A stretch of 64,000 nucleotides of DNA from NCBI GenBank assembly GCA_965249455.1, contig OZ252236.1, forward strand, positions 102,161-166,160. Direction: 5' to 3'. The translations under genes were made by a program, and so were the position numbers. Under the pieces are notes generated by a model, which was not told where the DNA came from, ran no database searches, and saw only the letters and a list, made by a program, of their open reading frames with translations. Shown in pieces: positions 9,906-20,700 of the stretch. The first letter of the stretch is position 1. Each line of letters opens with the position of its first letter. Source of the stretch: Jiulongibacter sp. Lineage in GTDB: Bacteria; Bacteroidota; Bacteroidia; Cytophagales; Spirosomataceae.

Positions 9906-10620
9906 TCAAAAAGTCCTTATCACCGGTGCTACAGCCGGAATTGGCCTTGCTCTGACAAAACGTTTTTTATCTGAAGGCAATACAGTTATTGGCATAGGCA
10001 GAAACCCTGAAATACTAAAGGAGCTGAAAGGATCAATTCTCCCATTCCAAGCTGATTTATCCAAAATCTCTGATCGCTTTCGCTTACTTGACTATCTCAA
10101 CAACGAGCATGCAGACCTCTCTGTTCTTATTAACAATGCCGGAATACAATACAATTATAGTTTCCTGGAAGAAGGCTCAAAAATTGACAAAATAAATTAT
10201 GAACTTGAATTAAATTTGACTGCACCCCTGCATTTATGTGAAGCCATTGTTCCTTTGTTTTTACAAAGTGAAAGTGAGAAGGCCATCATCAATGTCACCT
10301 CTGGGCTCGCCGATGTGCCCAAATCCTCCGCCCCGGTTTACTGTGGTTCAAAAGCAGGTTTAAAGCAATTTACAAAAGCTCTTAAATGGCAATTAACAGA
10401 CTCCAATATCCGGGTGTTTGACCTCAGCCCTTCTTTGGTGGACACCGGTATGACTGCCGGCAGAGGAAAAGGTAAAATAACACCTGATAAGTTGGTTGAC
10501 GAATTCTGGAATAAGTACAAAAAAAACCGATATCATATCGATATCGGTAAAGTCAAGCTTTTAAAAGTGCTAAACAGGTTGAGTCCGTCTTTGGCAGAAT
10601 CTATTATGAAAAAGAATTAA
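9892..10620 (+). CDS. SDR family oxidoreductase
   Basis: It has the VLITGATAGIGLAL motif and a YCGSK catalytic YxxxK. Confidence 0.75.
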   Translation: MQTTNQKVLITGATAGIGLALTKRFLSEGNTVIGIGRNPEILKELKGSILPFQADLSKISDRFRLLDYLNNEHADLSVLINNAGIQYNYSFLEEGSKIDKINYELELNLTAPLHLCEAIVPLFLQSESEKAIINVTSGLADVPKSSAPVYCGSKAGLKQFTKALKWQLTDSNIRVFDLSPSLVDTGMTAGRGKGKITPDKLVDEFWNKYKKNRYHIDIGKVKLLKVLNRLSPSLAESIMKKN

Positions 10621-10621
10621 A

Positions 10622-13249
10622 CTACTTAAACATTTTGTTGTTCTCATCTCCACCTGCTATCAAATAGGCTAGTAGATCTTTCAGCTCTTCTTCGTTGAGA
10701 GAATTAACTAAACCCGGCAGCATGACCGAAACATCTGAATACTTTTTAGATACTACTGTATTCTTCTTGATTTCCATCAGGTAATCTGGTGCATATGGGT
10801 TTTGAGATACAACATAACTGTCCTCTTTCTCACTGATAATTTTCGCAATAATAGACTCCCCTGATTTCAACTGAAATTCAGTAGCTGCATACTGATCTGA
10901 AACCGTATTACTGGGTTCCAGAATGGCCTCCAATATGTCCGTTTTGCTAAATCTAGTACCTATTCTTGTTAAATCAGGCCCCACGTTTCCTCCTTGTCCA
11001 TTCATGCTATGGCATCTGTTACAGGTAGTGGCCACAAACATGTTTTTGCCCTTATTAAAGTCTCTGTTAACCAATGGGGCTTCCAAAGCTTTGCTTGCCT
11101 CATCCAGTTGCCAGTTTCTACCGGGCCCTTCAGGATATTCATCCATTTTCAGATCATTACCTGAGTCTGATAACATATCGCCTCCGGATACTTGATCGTA
11201 ATGTTCTCTTTTATTTTCAGGTACATTCTCCAAAGCCATTTTTCTGGCTTTATCAATAAAACCTACGTAACTGTTTCCACCACGATACTCAAAAGCCTTT
11301 TTGTACCATTTAAAGTATTTGTCTCGCAGAGCGGGTGTCCAGCCAGCTTTTGCCTCACTTAAAGCAACCGCATAATAGGTAGCATTTACCGGAGGTACTT
11401 TCTCTAACATTTTTGCTATGTCAAGTCCGTACTGCGGATTTCTCAATATCAGGTCTGCCGATGAAGTTGCCGTTTGACCTCCGGCCTGAACATCCTTTTG
11501 ACTACTTTCTATCAGCTTAATGGTCTTGGCCACTACAGTAGGGTCATCAAGAAAAACCAACAGCTTTACCAACTCCTTATCCAGAAGGTCTTTTCCAGTA
11601 GGGAACATCGGGCTTAGCTTTTTAGTCAATGTTTTCTTTTCTTCCTCCGTAAGACCAGAAATCCTACTGAAAAGAACTTCATACGTTCTTAAATAATCCA
11701 ATACGAACTGATCACCCAGGCCTTCCGTTTGAACCGTATTTAAGGCAGCAAGAACCGTATGAAGAGTTGTATTATCCTTAGTTGACCTGATTAATCCCAG
11801 TAAGGCCTGAGTCTTCTTTACAGGATTTTTTTCACTTAAGGCTTTTGCTTTCCACATTTCTAAAGGCTGATGCTCTAAGGCAATCCTTGAAGCGTAACGC
11901 ACATGTCTGTCCTGATAATTCAGGTAAGACCAAACTGCCTCAACAGCCCCTTCTTTTGGCATATGATAACCCTCTATTTCTCTTCTAAGTTTATTATCAG
12001 CTGTTAGTTCTGTGGTTTCTACCTCTGAAACACCAGGCCCTTCATAATACACTCTGTACAGGTCTGAAGACAGCCTTCTGCCACCTGTTAGGAAGTACAA
12101 GGCCCCGTCTGGGCCAATGGCTCCATCTGTAAGTGGAAGCGGTACACCCGATAGAAACTCCTCTCTTTTAGCCGAATAACTACTACCCTCAGGAAACAGG
12201 TGTATAGCATGCATAATGCCAAATGACCAGTCGAAAGCCAAAAGCGATTGTTTGTATTTAGCCGGAAATTTAGCCTCTTTAAGGTAAAGTAAATTGGTGG
12301 GCGAACCTTGACCAATATTTATTACCGCCGGAAGATTATCTGTAAAATCAGGTGACCATTTACCATCGCCCGTACGCCAGCCAAATTCACTTCCGCTGGT
12401 GGCATGGCAAATTCGTGTTGGTCTGTACCAAGGCAAACCAAAATCCCATTCCATGTCAGCATCATAAACAAAAAGGTCTCCTATGTCATTAAAAGCCAGA
12501 TCAAAAGGATTTCTGTATCCTGCACTTATGAGTTCCCATTCATTTGTTGCCGGGTCTACTTTGGCTACCCAGCCACCCGGCTGCATGCGGTCATTGGCAT
12601 GGCCTCTCGGATCCTTTATTTCAGGGAAAAGATTATCATAAGCCCAGGTAGGTGGCAGACGGTAAGCGTTTTGCTCCGGCAAATCTGTGTAGTTGCCGGC
12701 AATTACATAGAGAGACTTTCCATCAGGCGATAGTTTAATACTGTGCGGGCCATGTTCACCGTTTCCCTTCAATTGTTTCAGCAATTTTAACTGATCATAT
12801 TTATCATCGCCATCCGTATCTTTTAATTGGTAAAAGCCACTATGCTGGGGTAAACTTTCTGTTGATCGGTTATTAACCATCACAAACAGACTATTGAATG
12901 CATACAAAAGCCCGTGTCCGGTACCTATGGTTCCTTGAGTGCCAGGCAATTCAATTTTCTCAATTTCTGGTGTAAGATCAGAGGAACCAATGGCCGGAAT
13001 GGTAAGCCTGTAAAGGCCACCGTACTGGTCTGAGGCTATCATTCTGCCTTTATCATCAAAACACATAGAAACCCATGAACCCAAATCATGCTCTGAAGGC
13101 GAATAGATGTGTTCCGCCTTAAAGCCAGGCTGTAGTTTCAGTTTATCTGTTTTAGGGTTTTCAGCATTTTTTATTTTAAAGGCATAAAATGTGAGCCCAG
13201 CTAAACACGCCAAGGCAAATAAACTTACCTGTCTTCTTTTCAATTTCAT
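10622..13249 (-). CDS. c-type cytochrome dehydrogenase, PVC-type: beta-propeller 'membrane-bound dehydrogenase' domain, HEAT repeats and C-terminal heme-binding CxxCH domain
   Basis: It has a signal peptide, a PQQ-sugar-dehydrogenase-like propeller region, HEAT-like repeats, and a C-terminal NMFVATTCNRCHSMNGQGGNVGPDL (CxxCH). Confidence 0.7.
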   Translation of the reverse strand: MKLKRRQVSLFALACLAGLTFYAFKIKNAENPKTDKLKLQPGFKAEHIYSPSEHDLGSWVSMCFDDKGRMIASDQYGGLYRLTIPAIGSSDLTPEIEKIELPGTQGTIGTGHGLLYAFNSLFVMVNNRSTESLPQHSGFYQLKDTDGDDKYDQLKLLKQLKGNGEHGPHSIKLSPDGKSLYVIAGNYTDLPEQNAYRLPPTWAYDNLFPEIKDPRGHANDRMQPGGWVAKVDPATNEWELISAGYRNPFDLAFNDIGDLFVYDADMEWDFGLPWYRPTRICHATSGSEFGWRTGDGKWSPDFTDNLPAVINIGQGSPTNLLYLKEAKFPAKYKQSLLAFDWSFGIMHAIHLFPEGSSYSAKREEFLSGVPLPLTDGAIGPDGALYFLTGGRRLSSDLYRVYYEGPGVSEVETTELTADNKLRREIEGYHMPKEGAVEAVWSYLNYQDRHVRYASRIALEHQPLEMWKAKALSEKNPVKKTQALLGLIRSTKDNTTLHTVLAALNTVQTEGLGDQFVLDYLRTYEVLFSRISGLTEEEKKTLTKKLSPMFPTGKDLLDKELVKLLVFLDDPTVVAKTIKLIESSQKDVQAGGQTATSSADLILRNPQYGLDIAKMLEKVPPVNATYYAVALSEAKAGWTPALRDKYFKWYKKAFEYRGGNSYVGFIDKARKMALENVPENKREHYDQVSGGDMLSDSGNDLKMDEYPEGPGRNWQLDEASKALEAPLVNRDFNKGKNMFVATTCNRCHSMNGQGGNVGPDLTRIGTRFSKTDILEAILEPSNTVSDQYAATEFQLKSGESIIAKIISEKEDSYVVSQNPYAPDYLMEIKKNTVVSKKYSDVSVMLPGLVNSLNEEELKDLLAYLIAGGDENNKMFK

Positions 13250-14205
13250 GGGTTAAGTTCTTTTCTGTTAAAGATACTGTTTTCATCAGGTGACTCCTTC
13301 TTTAAAATGGCCAATACGTTGTTGACCACGTCTACGCACATTTTGGTGTAAGTACGGTCTGTGAGGCTTCCTACATGAGCCGTAATTAATGCATTTTCTA
13401 AATCGAGCAGAGGTTCTGTTTTTTCTGGTGGCTCTACGGCCAATACATCAGCTGCATAGCCTGCAATTACTCCATTTTTTAAAGCAGAGGCCAAAGCCTC
13501 CTGATCAATAATGCCACCACGGGCAGTATTGATGAGCAAACTGCTCTTTTTCATCAAAGCAAGTGACTTCTCATTGATCAGATTTTTTGTACTTTCTACC
13601 AATGGCAAATGCATACTTACTATGTCTGCTTCTGTCAATACTTCTTCCAGACTCTTGAAAGGGTATGCCACCTCCATTTTTTTGTCGTTCCAATAAATGA
13701 CTTCCATGCCGAAAGCCTCGGCCAACTTAGCCACTTTTTGGCCAATATTCCCTAAGCCCAGAATACCCAGCGTTTTACCAAAGATTTCATCCCCCTTAAA
13801 ATTTGCTCTTTTTTCCCAATCTCCGGCTTTTACCTGAGCTATGGAATGGTACAGATTTCTCTGTAAAATGAGCATTAAAGAAAGAGTGTGCTCTGCAATG
13901 GTTTGAGAATTGACACCCGGGGCATTCACCACTTTGATCTTTTTGCTGGTAGCAAAAGGCACATTCACATTATCTAAACCTACTCCACATCTGCCTACAA
14001 CTTCCAGTTGAGGCAACCGACTGATCAAAGCCTCATTCACCTGACCTTTACCTCGGGTTAAAATGCCATGCACCGGATACTTATCTAATTGGCTCTCGTC
14101 AAAATCCTCTGAATAGGCTTCAATGATGTCCGTTTCTGTATCTGCTTTGAGAATATCCAGAGCTTTTTCATCAATGGTTTCGAGCAGTAGAACCGTTTTT
14201 TTCAT
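13246..14205 (-). CDS. D-isomer-specific 2-hydroxyacid dehydrogenase (NAD-binding)
   Basis: It has GILGLGNIGQKVAKLAEAFGMEV and a catalytic R/E/H triad region. It overlaps the downstream gene by 4 nt. Confidence 0.75.
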   Translation of the reverse strand: MKKTVLLLETIDEKALDILKADTETDIIEAYSEDFDESQLDKYPVHGILTRGKGQVNEALISRLPQLEVVGRCGVGLDNVNVPFATSKKIKVVNAPGVNSQTIAEHTLSLMLILQRNLYHSIAQVKAGDWEKRANFKGDEIFGKTLGILGLGNIGQKVAKLAEAFGMEVIYWNDKKMEVAYPFKSLEEVLTEADIVSMHLPLVESTKNLINEKSLALMKKSSLLINTARGGIIDQEALASALKNGVIAGYAADVLAVEPPEKTEPLLDLENALITAHVGSLTDRTYTKMCVDVVNNVLAILKKESPDENSIFNRKELNP

Positions 14206-14208
14206 TCT

Positions 14209-14694
14209 TTAATTATGATATAACGTGGCGTCTTTTGATTTATACCCTCTAAAATCATTTCTACCTGAGACATAGATACCCTCCTGAAATAGTTCATCTT
14301 CAAAAATCTTGGGATCAATGGCCGAACCAGGGGCAGAAGAAAGCTCTACCAGATTTCCGGAAGGGTCTCTTACGAACATTTGTATAGGTCCGTCCGGCAG
14401 TTGACGCACTTTTCCCCAGGGTGAGGTGTCAATCACACCCAATTCTTTCATTCTCCAGAATATGGTACTGATATCGTCTACCTGCATACACACATGCCCT
14501 CTGAAAGAGTAAGTATCTTCCCATTCTGTCAAATGAAGCTGCTGCGTATCATTAATTTTAAAGAATGCTGTAGGGTAGTCAAAGAGAAAGGCTGGTATGA
14601 CTTCAAGGCCTAATTCTTTTTCATAAAACTCGCTGGTCTCTTCCAGATTATTGACAATTAATGCCACGTGATTTATTCCAATTGCTTTTGCCAT
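14209..14694 (-). CDS. VOC (glyoxalase/bleomycin resistance/dioxygenase) family protein
   Basis: It is 161 aa with an INHVALIVNNLEETSEFY N-terminal VOC fold. Confidence 0.65.
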   Translation of the reverse strand: MAKAIGINHVALIVNNLEETSEFYEKELGLEVIPAFLFDYPTAFFKINDTQQLHLTEWEDTYSFRGHVCMQVDDISTIFWRMKELGVIDTSPWGKVRQLPDGPIQMFVRDPSGNLVELSSAPGSAIDPKIFEDELFQEGIYVSGRNDFRGYKSKDATLYHN

Positions 14695-14695
14695 G

Positions 14696-15865
14696 TTATT
14701 TTATGTTTTGGTTGAATTCTTTCACAAAATCCCAGTTAGGACTTAAACCTAAACCAGGAGCAGAAGGAGCAGCTATCTGCCCGTCATGAGCTTCAATTTT
14801 CTCATTGACTAAATCATACATCATTGGGTTTCCTCCTAAAGAAAACTCGATGATTGTAGCTGCAGGCGAAGCAAATGCCACATTTACCCCAGCCATAAAA
14901 GAAAAGGCCGAACCCCAACAATGAGGTGCCAGCTCCAACTGATAAGCATGGGCCAGTTGTGAAACACGCATTGCCTCTGTGATCCCTCCAATAATGGCGG
15001 AATCTGGCTGCACTACATCTAAAGCTCTGACCTCTATGAGATCTCTGACATCAAAAGCTGTATACTCACTCTCTCCTGCTGCAATAGGTATACAGGTAGA
15101 AGCTCTCACCTCTGCTGTACCTTGCTTATTATCTGGGCTAAGAGGCTCCTCAAACCAGTACAAATCACAGTCTTCCAATTCACGACAGAACTTCTTGGCT
15201 TCAGGAATACTGAAGGTACCATGTGCATCAGTCATCAGTTTGATGTCGTCACCAATAGCCTCACGAGCAGCCTTCACTCTTTTGATACTTTCTTTGACCG
15301 TACCATCCATGCTACCTACCCGCATTTTAACGCCTTTAAATCCTTTGGAGATATAGCTGTTTAATTGCTCGCCAATTTTCTCGGCACCGGCCCAGCCACC
15401 ACTGGCATACGCAGGCATACTTTCGCGGCAGATGCCGCCCAGCAGATCAGCCACAGGAACACCTAACATTTTACCTTTCAAATCCCATAAAGCTGTATCT
15501 ACACCACTCATGGCCGAAACCGTCAGGCCTCTTCTGCCTAATATCGGAAATTTACGACCTCTATCCAAAGCATAATGATCTCGGGTTCCATTGTAAATAT
15601 GCTCCCATATTCTGGTAATGTGGCGGGCATCTTTGCCTACAAGAATAGGCTTAATTTCGTTTTCAATACAGCTGACTATGGAGGCACATGAGCCCGAAGA
15701 GCCTACGGCTGCCTTGGCTTCGCCAAAACCTTGTAATCCGGTATCGGTGGTTACTACCACCAATGTCATATCAAAACAAGTTAACAAACCATAATCTGAG
15801 GTATGTTGCTTTTCTTTAGGAATAGGACAGCTCAGCCAAAAGGCTTCTACATTTGTAATTTTCAT
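14696..15865 (-). CDS. enolase-superfamily (mandelate racemase/muconate lactonizing enzyme) sugar-acid dehydratase-like protein
   Basis: It has the KITNVEAF N-terminal capping domain and a barrel with KxK and D/E/D metal-ligand spacing, at 389 aa. Confidence 0.7.
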   Translation of the reverse strand: MKITNVEAFWLSCPIPKEKQHTSDYGLLTCFDMTLVVVTTDTGLQGFGEAKAAVGSSGSCASIVSCIENEIKPILVGKDARHITRIWEHIYNGTRDHYALDRGRKFPILGRRGLTVSAMSGVDTALWDLKGKMLGVPVADLLGGICRESMPAYASGGWAGAEKIGEQLNSYISKGFKGVKMRVGSMDGTVKESIKRVKAAREAIGDDIKLMTDAHGTFSIPEAKKFCRELEDCDLYWFEEPLSPDNKQGTAEVRASTCIPIAAGESEYTAFDVRDLIEVRALDVVQPDSAIIGGITEAMRVSQLAHAYQLELAPHCWGSAFSFMAGVNVAFASPAATIIEFSLGGNPMMYDLVNEKIEAHDGQIAAPSAPGLGLSPNWDFVKEFNQNIK

Positions 15866-16746
15866 AGGAGAGGTCTAAGAGTATCGATCGATTTTTTGGT
15901 TAGCATGGTATAAAACTCCTCGGTAACGGCGGAGCTCCCGTGATCTTCCAGAAATTTCTTCTGCTCGCTGCTGAGGCCTTCCGGCTCATGCTCTATTGAA
16001 TTCGGATACGGATTGGCGGGTGTTCTGTCTAATGGCGAACAGAATTCTACAGACAATACATCGTCATAGCCAATTTCGCCAAGGGTGCTGATGATTTTTT
16101 CCCATTGCAGCGTGCCCATGCCCGGAGCCATTCTGTTATTATCGGCCACATGAAAGCCTACCAAACGCCCCTTGGCTCTTCTGATAGCCTCAAACATATC
16201 GTCTTCCTCAATGTTCATGTGAAAAGTGTCAAGACACACTCCACACTTCTCGCCCGTAGCCTTTGCTAAGGCAAGTGCCTGATCTCCTCTGTTCACAAAA
16301 TAGGTTTCGAAACGATTAATGGGCTCAATGCCTATTAAAACGTTTTGAGCCGTGGCGTATTCATATATTTCCTGCATTCCGGCTACGGCCCAGTCCCACT
16401 CTTCTTCAGGACGGCCATCAGGGATAATCTTCCCAACAGTACCCGGCACTACAGAAACCATTTTTCCCTCTAACTCACTGACCATTCGTACTACGTCTTT
16501 GACATACTGTACTGATGCAGCACGTTGTTTTTTGTCTTTGGCCAGCAGGTTGCGTTGCTCCAGCATCAATGTCACAGAGCCCCAACAGCTCAGACCGGCA
16601 CTATCGAGCAACTTTTTAATTTTTTTGGTATCATACATTTCAGGACTTCCCTGAATTTCTAAACTGTCATAGCCTAATGCGGAAATTCTTTCCAAAGTCT
16701 GTTCTATTGACTCTGCCCGCATCCAATTATGAATGGAAATTTTCAT
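15862..16746 (-). CDS. sugar phosphate isomerase/epimerase (xylose-isomerase-like TIM barrel)
   Basis: It has a TIM-barrel AP-endo-2 fold. A 4-nt overlap with the downstream gene suggests translational coupling. Confidence 0.7.
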   Translation of the reverse strand: MKISIHNWMRAESIEQTLERISALGYDSLEIQGSPEMYDTKKIKKLLDSAGLSCWGSVTLMLEQRNLLAKDKKQRAASVQYVKDVVRMVSELEGKMVSVVPGTVGKIIPDGRPEEEWDWAVAGMQEIYEYATAQNVLIGIEPINRFETYFVNRGDQALALAKATGEKCGVCLDTFHMNIEEDDMFEAIRRAKGRLVGFHVADNNRMAPGMGTLQWEKIISTLGEIGYDDVLSVEFCSPLDRTPANPYPNSIEHEPEGLSSEQKKFLEDHGSSAVTEEFYTMLTKKSIDTLRPLL

Positions 16747-16788
16747 TGTGATTATGGTTGAATTTTTATTTCGAGCTTCTGCTCAAAT

Positions 16789-17781
16789 TTATTTAATAAT
16801 TATTGGCTTTAAGCCTGGTTTGAATTTGTCTCCAAAACCTGAATTATTCGGATCGTAAGATCCTTCAAAATCAACATTGACCCCCTCTTCAGGAATCTCC
16901 GATTCTTTCCCCAAAGCCCAATACATACCATTGATGGCAAGCTTACGCATGTTCTCATTTTTGAAATCGTAAGGATGCCCCAGAGTGGTAAAGAAAACTC
17001 TTGCCTTTTTACCTGAAGTACCGGTGTAGGACTTGGTCCATGCTACGGGGTTAGTCAAAGGAAACTTATCCAATTTACCGTTTTTCTCATGATTTGACCT
17101 CAATGACCTACCCTCTAAAAAAGGTTTAGAATCCCCTGATAATTTCCAGTCGCCACCATCTACATGATAGAGCCAGGAAAAAGCATCAAACGGCTCTACT
17201 CCGTTAAGAATAGGGGTCTCAGCCTCAGGCAAAATACTGACAGAGGTTAGCTCACCATGACCATCTGCAAAATGCCCGTGATGTGTGATCCACTGCTGAC
17301 CAAATACTTTGGCAGGCCATTCATTATTTAAATGCATCATACTTGAATCTTTATAGAAAAACGTATGCGTGGCAGTTCTGAAACCAACCATTGGTTTTCC
17401 TGATTCTGCATAATCTGTGATGTATTTTGCTTCATTTTCAGGTAAGGCCCTGAAACGGGCAAACATCACCATAAGATCAGCCGTTTGAAGTGCCTCAAGA
17501 CCTTGTATATGATCAAGCCTGTTAGGATCTATAGTGCCGGTACTGTCAACAGAGTAGCATAAACTGATATCAGCATCTAACTCCCGTTTCAGAATTTTTG
17601 CCAGCATGGGCATTGACTCTTCAGACCTGTACTCCTCATCGCCTATCACAAAAACTACATGAGGTTTTTTCACAGTTTCCTTAGTAGAGGAGCATGCACT
17701 CAAAAAAACAGCCGTCACCAGCAAACCAAGAAAGGTGCTTATCATCTTATTCTTTAAAAAAGTATTCGGTTTATTTTTCAT
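16789..17781 (-). CDS. ThuA domain protein (class I glutamine-amidotransferase-like), lipoprotein
   Basis: It has a lipobox (FLSACSS) and a ThuA-like core (MVMFARFRALP...GKPMVGFRTATH). I chose the start at the MKNKPNTF methionine. Confidence 0.65.
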   Translation of the reverse strand: MKNKPNTFLKNKMISTFLGLLVTAVFLSACSSTKETVKKPHVVFVIGDEEYRSEESMPMLAKILKRELDADISLCYSVDSTGTIDPNRLDHIQGLEALQTADLMVMFARFRALPENEAKYITDYAESGKPMVGFRTATHTFFYKDSSMMHLNNEWPAKVFGQQWITHHGHFADGHGELTSVSILPEAETPILNGVEPFDAFSWLYHVDGGDWKLSGDSKPFLEGRSLRSNHEKNGKLDKFPLTNPVAWTKSYTGTSGKKARVFFTTLGHPYDFKNENMRKLAINGMYWALGKESEIPEEGVNVDFEGSYDPNNSGFGDKFKPGLKPIIIK

Positions 17782-20700
17782 CATTCTCATGTGGGTGCAT
17801 TTTGAGTAATTCACTGGCAATGTAAAAGTCTTTTTTGTCTTTCGTATCCTGCCTTACCTGCTTGACTTTCTCCGGAGAGACGGCTTTAGCCAGATTTCCA
17901 AATGAATTACGGATATAGGTAAGTACAGAAGCAATTTCTTCATCATTCAGCATTCCGCCAAAAGGCGTCATCGGTACTTGTCCAGGATATGATTTACCAG
18001 CCACGTCAATAGGACCGTAAAGACCATTCAGGGTGATTTTTATTAACCTTTCTTCGCTGCCCTGCACCCATTCATTGCCAGATAAAGGAGGAAATCCTGA
18101 AGATTCTAAGCCTTTACCATCCGGCTGATGGCAAGTGCTACAGTACCCTTCTCGCTCATATATCTCTCTGCCTTTAAGATAAGATTGTTGTTCTTCTTTT
18201 GAGAGCATAGCAGGCAGGGGCACAGATTCTCCTTTCTCAGGTTTGTACGGCACCATATGTGATAAAATAGCTTCATATGGTTTTTGCATCCAGTCGTCCA
18301 AAGGCTTTTGAGCCACCAGGGTTAACACTTCCTTGGCTGTTTCGTTATCAAGCCACGAGGCTGCCACCATCGCCTCAAATCGTACTCTGCTGTTTCCGTC
18401 TTTGGCTGCTTTTTTTAATAAAGCTACCTGATCAGAAATTTGATGATCACTATAACGCAATACTTTAACTGCAGCCGTTCTGACTTTATAATTTTTCGCC
18501 TTCAATGAGGCCTCAAGAAGTTCTCTTGACACTGCATTCATTCCCCATGAAACCCAGAGACCTTCTAAAACAAATCGCTCATAATCGGGATGCTTTTTAT
18601 CTAATGACGCCGTCCATTTATTTAAGGCAGTCATTACTTCTTCTTTGTCTCTTGCTCTTAGTTCTCTTCTGCTTCGGTATCGTGTTCGGTACTCCGGAAG
18701 TTTCAGATTGTCTAATAATTCGGTTATGGACGCTCCATCTACTTTGGCCGGTTTCACCAAAGGCCTGGATGGATACGTAATACGATATATTCTGCCATGT
18801 ACATGATCTCTCAGCGGATCACGGGCATTATGCTGCATGTGACCTACCAGTACATTGTGCCAGTCTACCAGATACAAGGAACCGTCCGGAGCAAACTCCA
18901 TGTCTACCGGTCTGAAGTTCGGATCATCACTGGTGACTAAGTCTAATCTGTGCTTAGTCTTATAGCCTGTTCCGTCATCAATCACCTGATGCATTTTGGT
19001 ACCCAGGAAGCCAATGGTGTTATTAATCATCATATCGCCCTGAACTTCCTCAGGGAAATGTCTGCTATGAACAAACTCTAAGCCTGAGGTAGGCCGCACT
19101 CTGTGTTTCTCTTCTATCAGATCTTTTGAGCCAGGATTAGACAAGCCGTATTTAGATTTAATGGTACCGGGCATCATCCACTCTACATTGGGGCCTGAAG
19201 TATGAGCAAAAAAGTTTTGGCCCCATTGATCAAAGGCAATACCCCATGGATTAGGAATAGGCAACTGAGCCGTACGCTCTAATTTTTTTCGTTGCGGGCT
19301 GTATCTGTAAAAACCACCATTAGTCGCTCTTACGGTTCCATAAGGAGTTTCTACATTGGTATGAAGGAAAACACCCTCTCCCATATAAATTGCCCCGGAA
19401 GGGTCGGCACAAAAAGCACTGATCACATGGTGTGTATCATGGTCATCAAAACCACTTAAAATAATCTCTACCTTATCAGCATGATCGTCTCCATCTGTAT
19501 CGGTATAAAGTTTCAGGTTGGTACCCTGCGAAATGTACACACCCTCGGTAGCAAACTCGAAACCTGCCGGAATGTGCAAATTATCTGCAAACACCGTTGA
19601 TTTGTCTGCTTTATAATCTCCGTCTGTGTCTTCCAGAATGATAATTTTATCGTTGGGTTTAGGATCACCCGGCCTGTAATGTGGGTAGGTAGGCATAACC
19701 GCCACCCAAAGTCTTCCTTTACTATCAAAAGAAATCTGAGAGGGGTTAGCTAACTCAGGAAAGTCTTCTTCTGAAGCAAATAGCTCAATTTTATAACCGG
19801 GAGCCATATGAAATTTGCTCATGGCCTTATCACCATAAAGGTATTCTACCTTATCTGTCAATTTAAAATTGGTCTCAATGGGCGATAACTTTTTCGTTTT
19901 GGAATCAGCCAGAGCAAGGTCATAACTTTCTCCCTGTAGGGTTTTCCAGATCAAGGTATCTCTGTTGGCCGTCATTTGATGAACTTTGACGAGCTCTTCA
20001 GGATAATTTTCATTACCAAAAGGTCTGTATCGTCTTCCGAAAACATGGACACCATTCGGGATTTTATAATCATTGTGCCACATCCAGTTCTTTTCCAGCA
20101 CTGCCGCTTTCACTTTATCCTTCAGAGAGCTGTTAACAAACATTTTCTTTCCAAAGACGCCATCTGCCAGCAATGTAGAGAACTGTTTATAGCCATCATC
20201 ATTAAGCTGAAGGCCGTCAATTGTGTATTCTTTGCCTTTTTCAAACCACTCTTTTGAAGGATTAAAGGCATCCACAAACAATACATCATATTTGCCGGCT
20301 ATTTCCTCAATTGCCTTTGCATATAGTTTAAGATTTTCATTCTCTTTCTTACCATCAGGAAGGTCATACTTTGAAGATAAATCCTGAAAGGCTATGGGCG
20401 AAACCAAAGCCAATTGCGGAGCAGAGGTTTCATTGTATTGCTGGGCTCTGGTATGTTCAATAAACGCAGAAAGCTCTCCCTTAAAGTTCTCTACACCCGC
20501 TTCTCCTTCGTAAGACTCTGAAAAGCCAAAACAAGCAATGATAATATCCGTTTTATTTTTTGCTAACCATTGATCGGGAGTTTCAAAATGCCCCTTACTT
20601 CCGGAGTTTTGTGCCAGATCTGTCTGAAACATTTCTGCTCCCGGAAAAGCCCATGGCGAATCCCGGCCCGAGTGTGGTCTGAAACCCGGCGTATCTCCTC

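Noticed and set aside
14979-15364. Two plus-strand ORFs (125 and 80 aa) inside the enolase-superfamily gene.
   Set aside because: They are antisense to a well-supported CDS and have low-complexity Ser/Leu-rich composition. The same applies to the many other 60-110-aa antisense ORFs inside large genes, for example 12404-12733, 18277-18780, 33813-34117, 42710-42988, 48345-48836 and 55196-55745.
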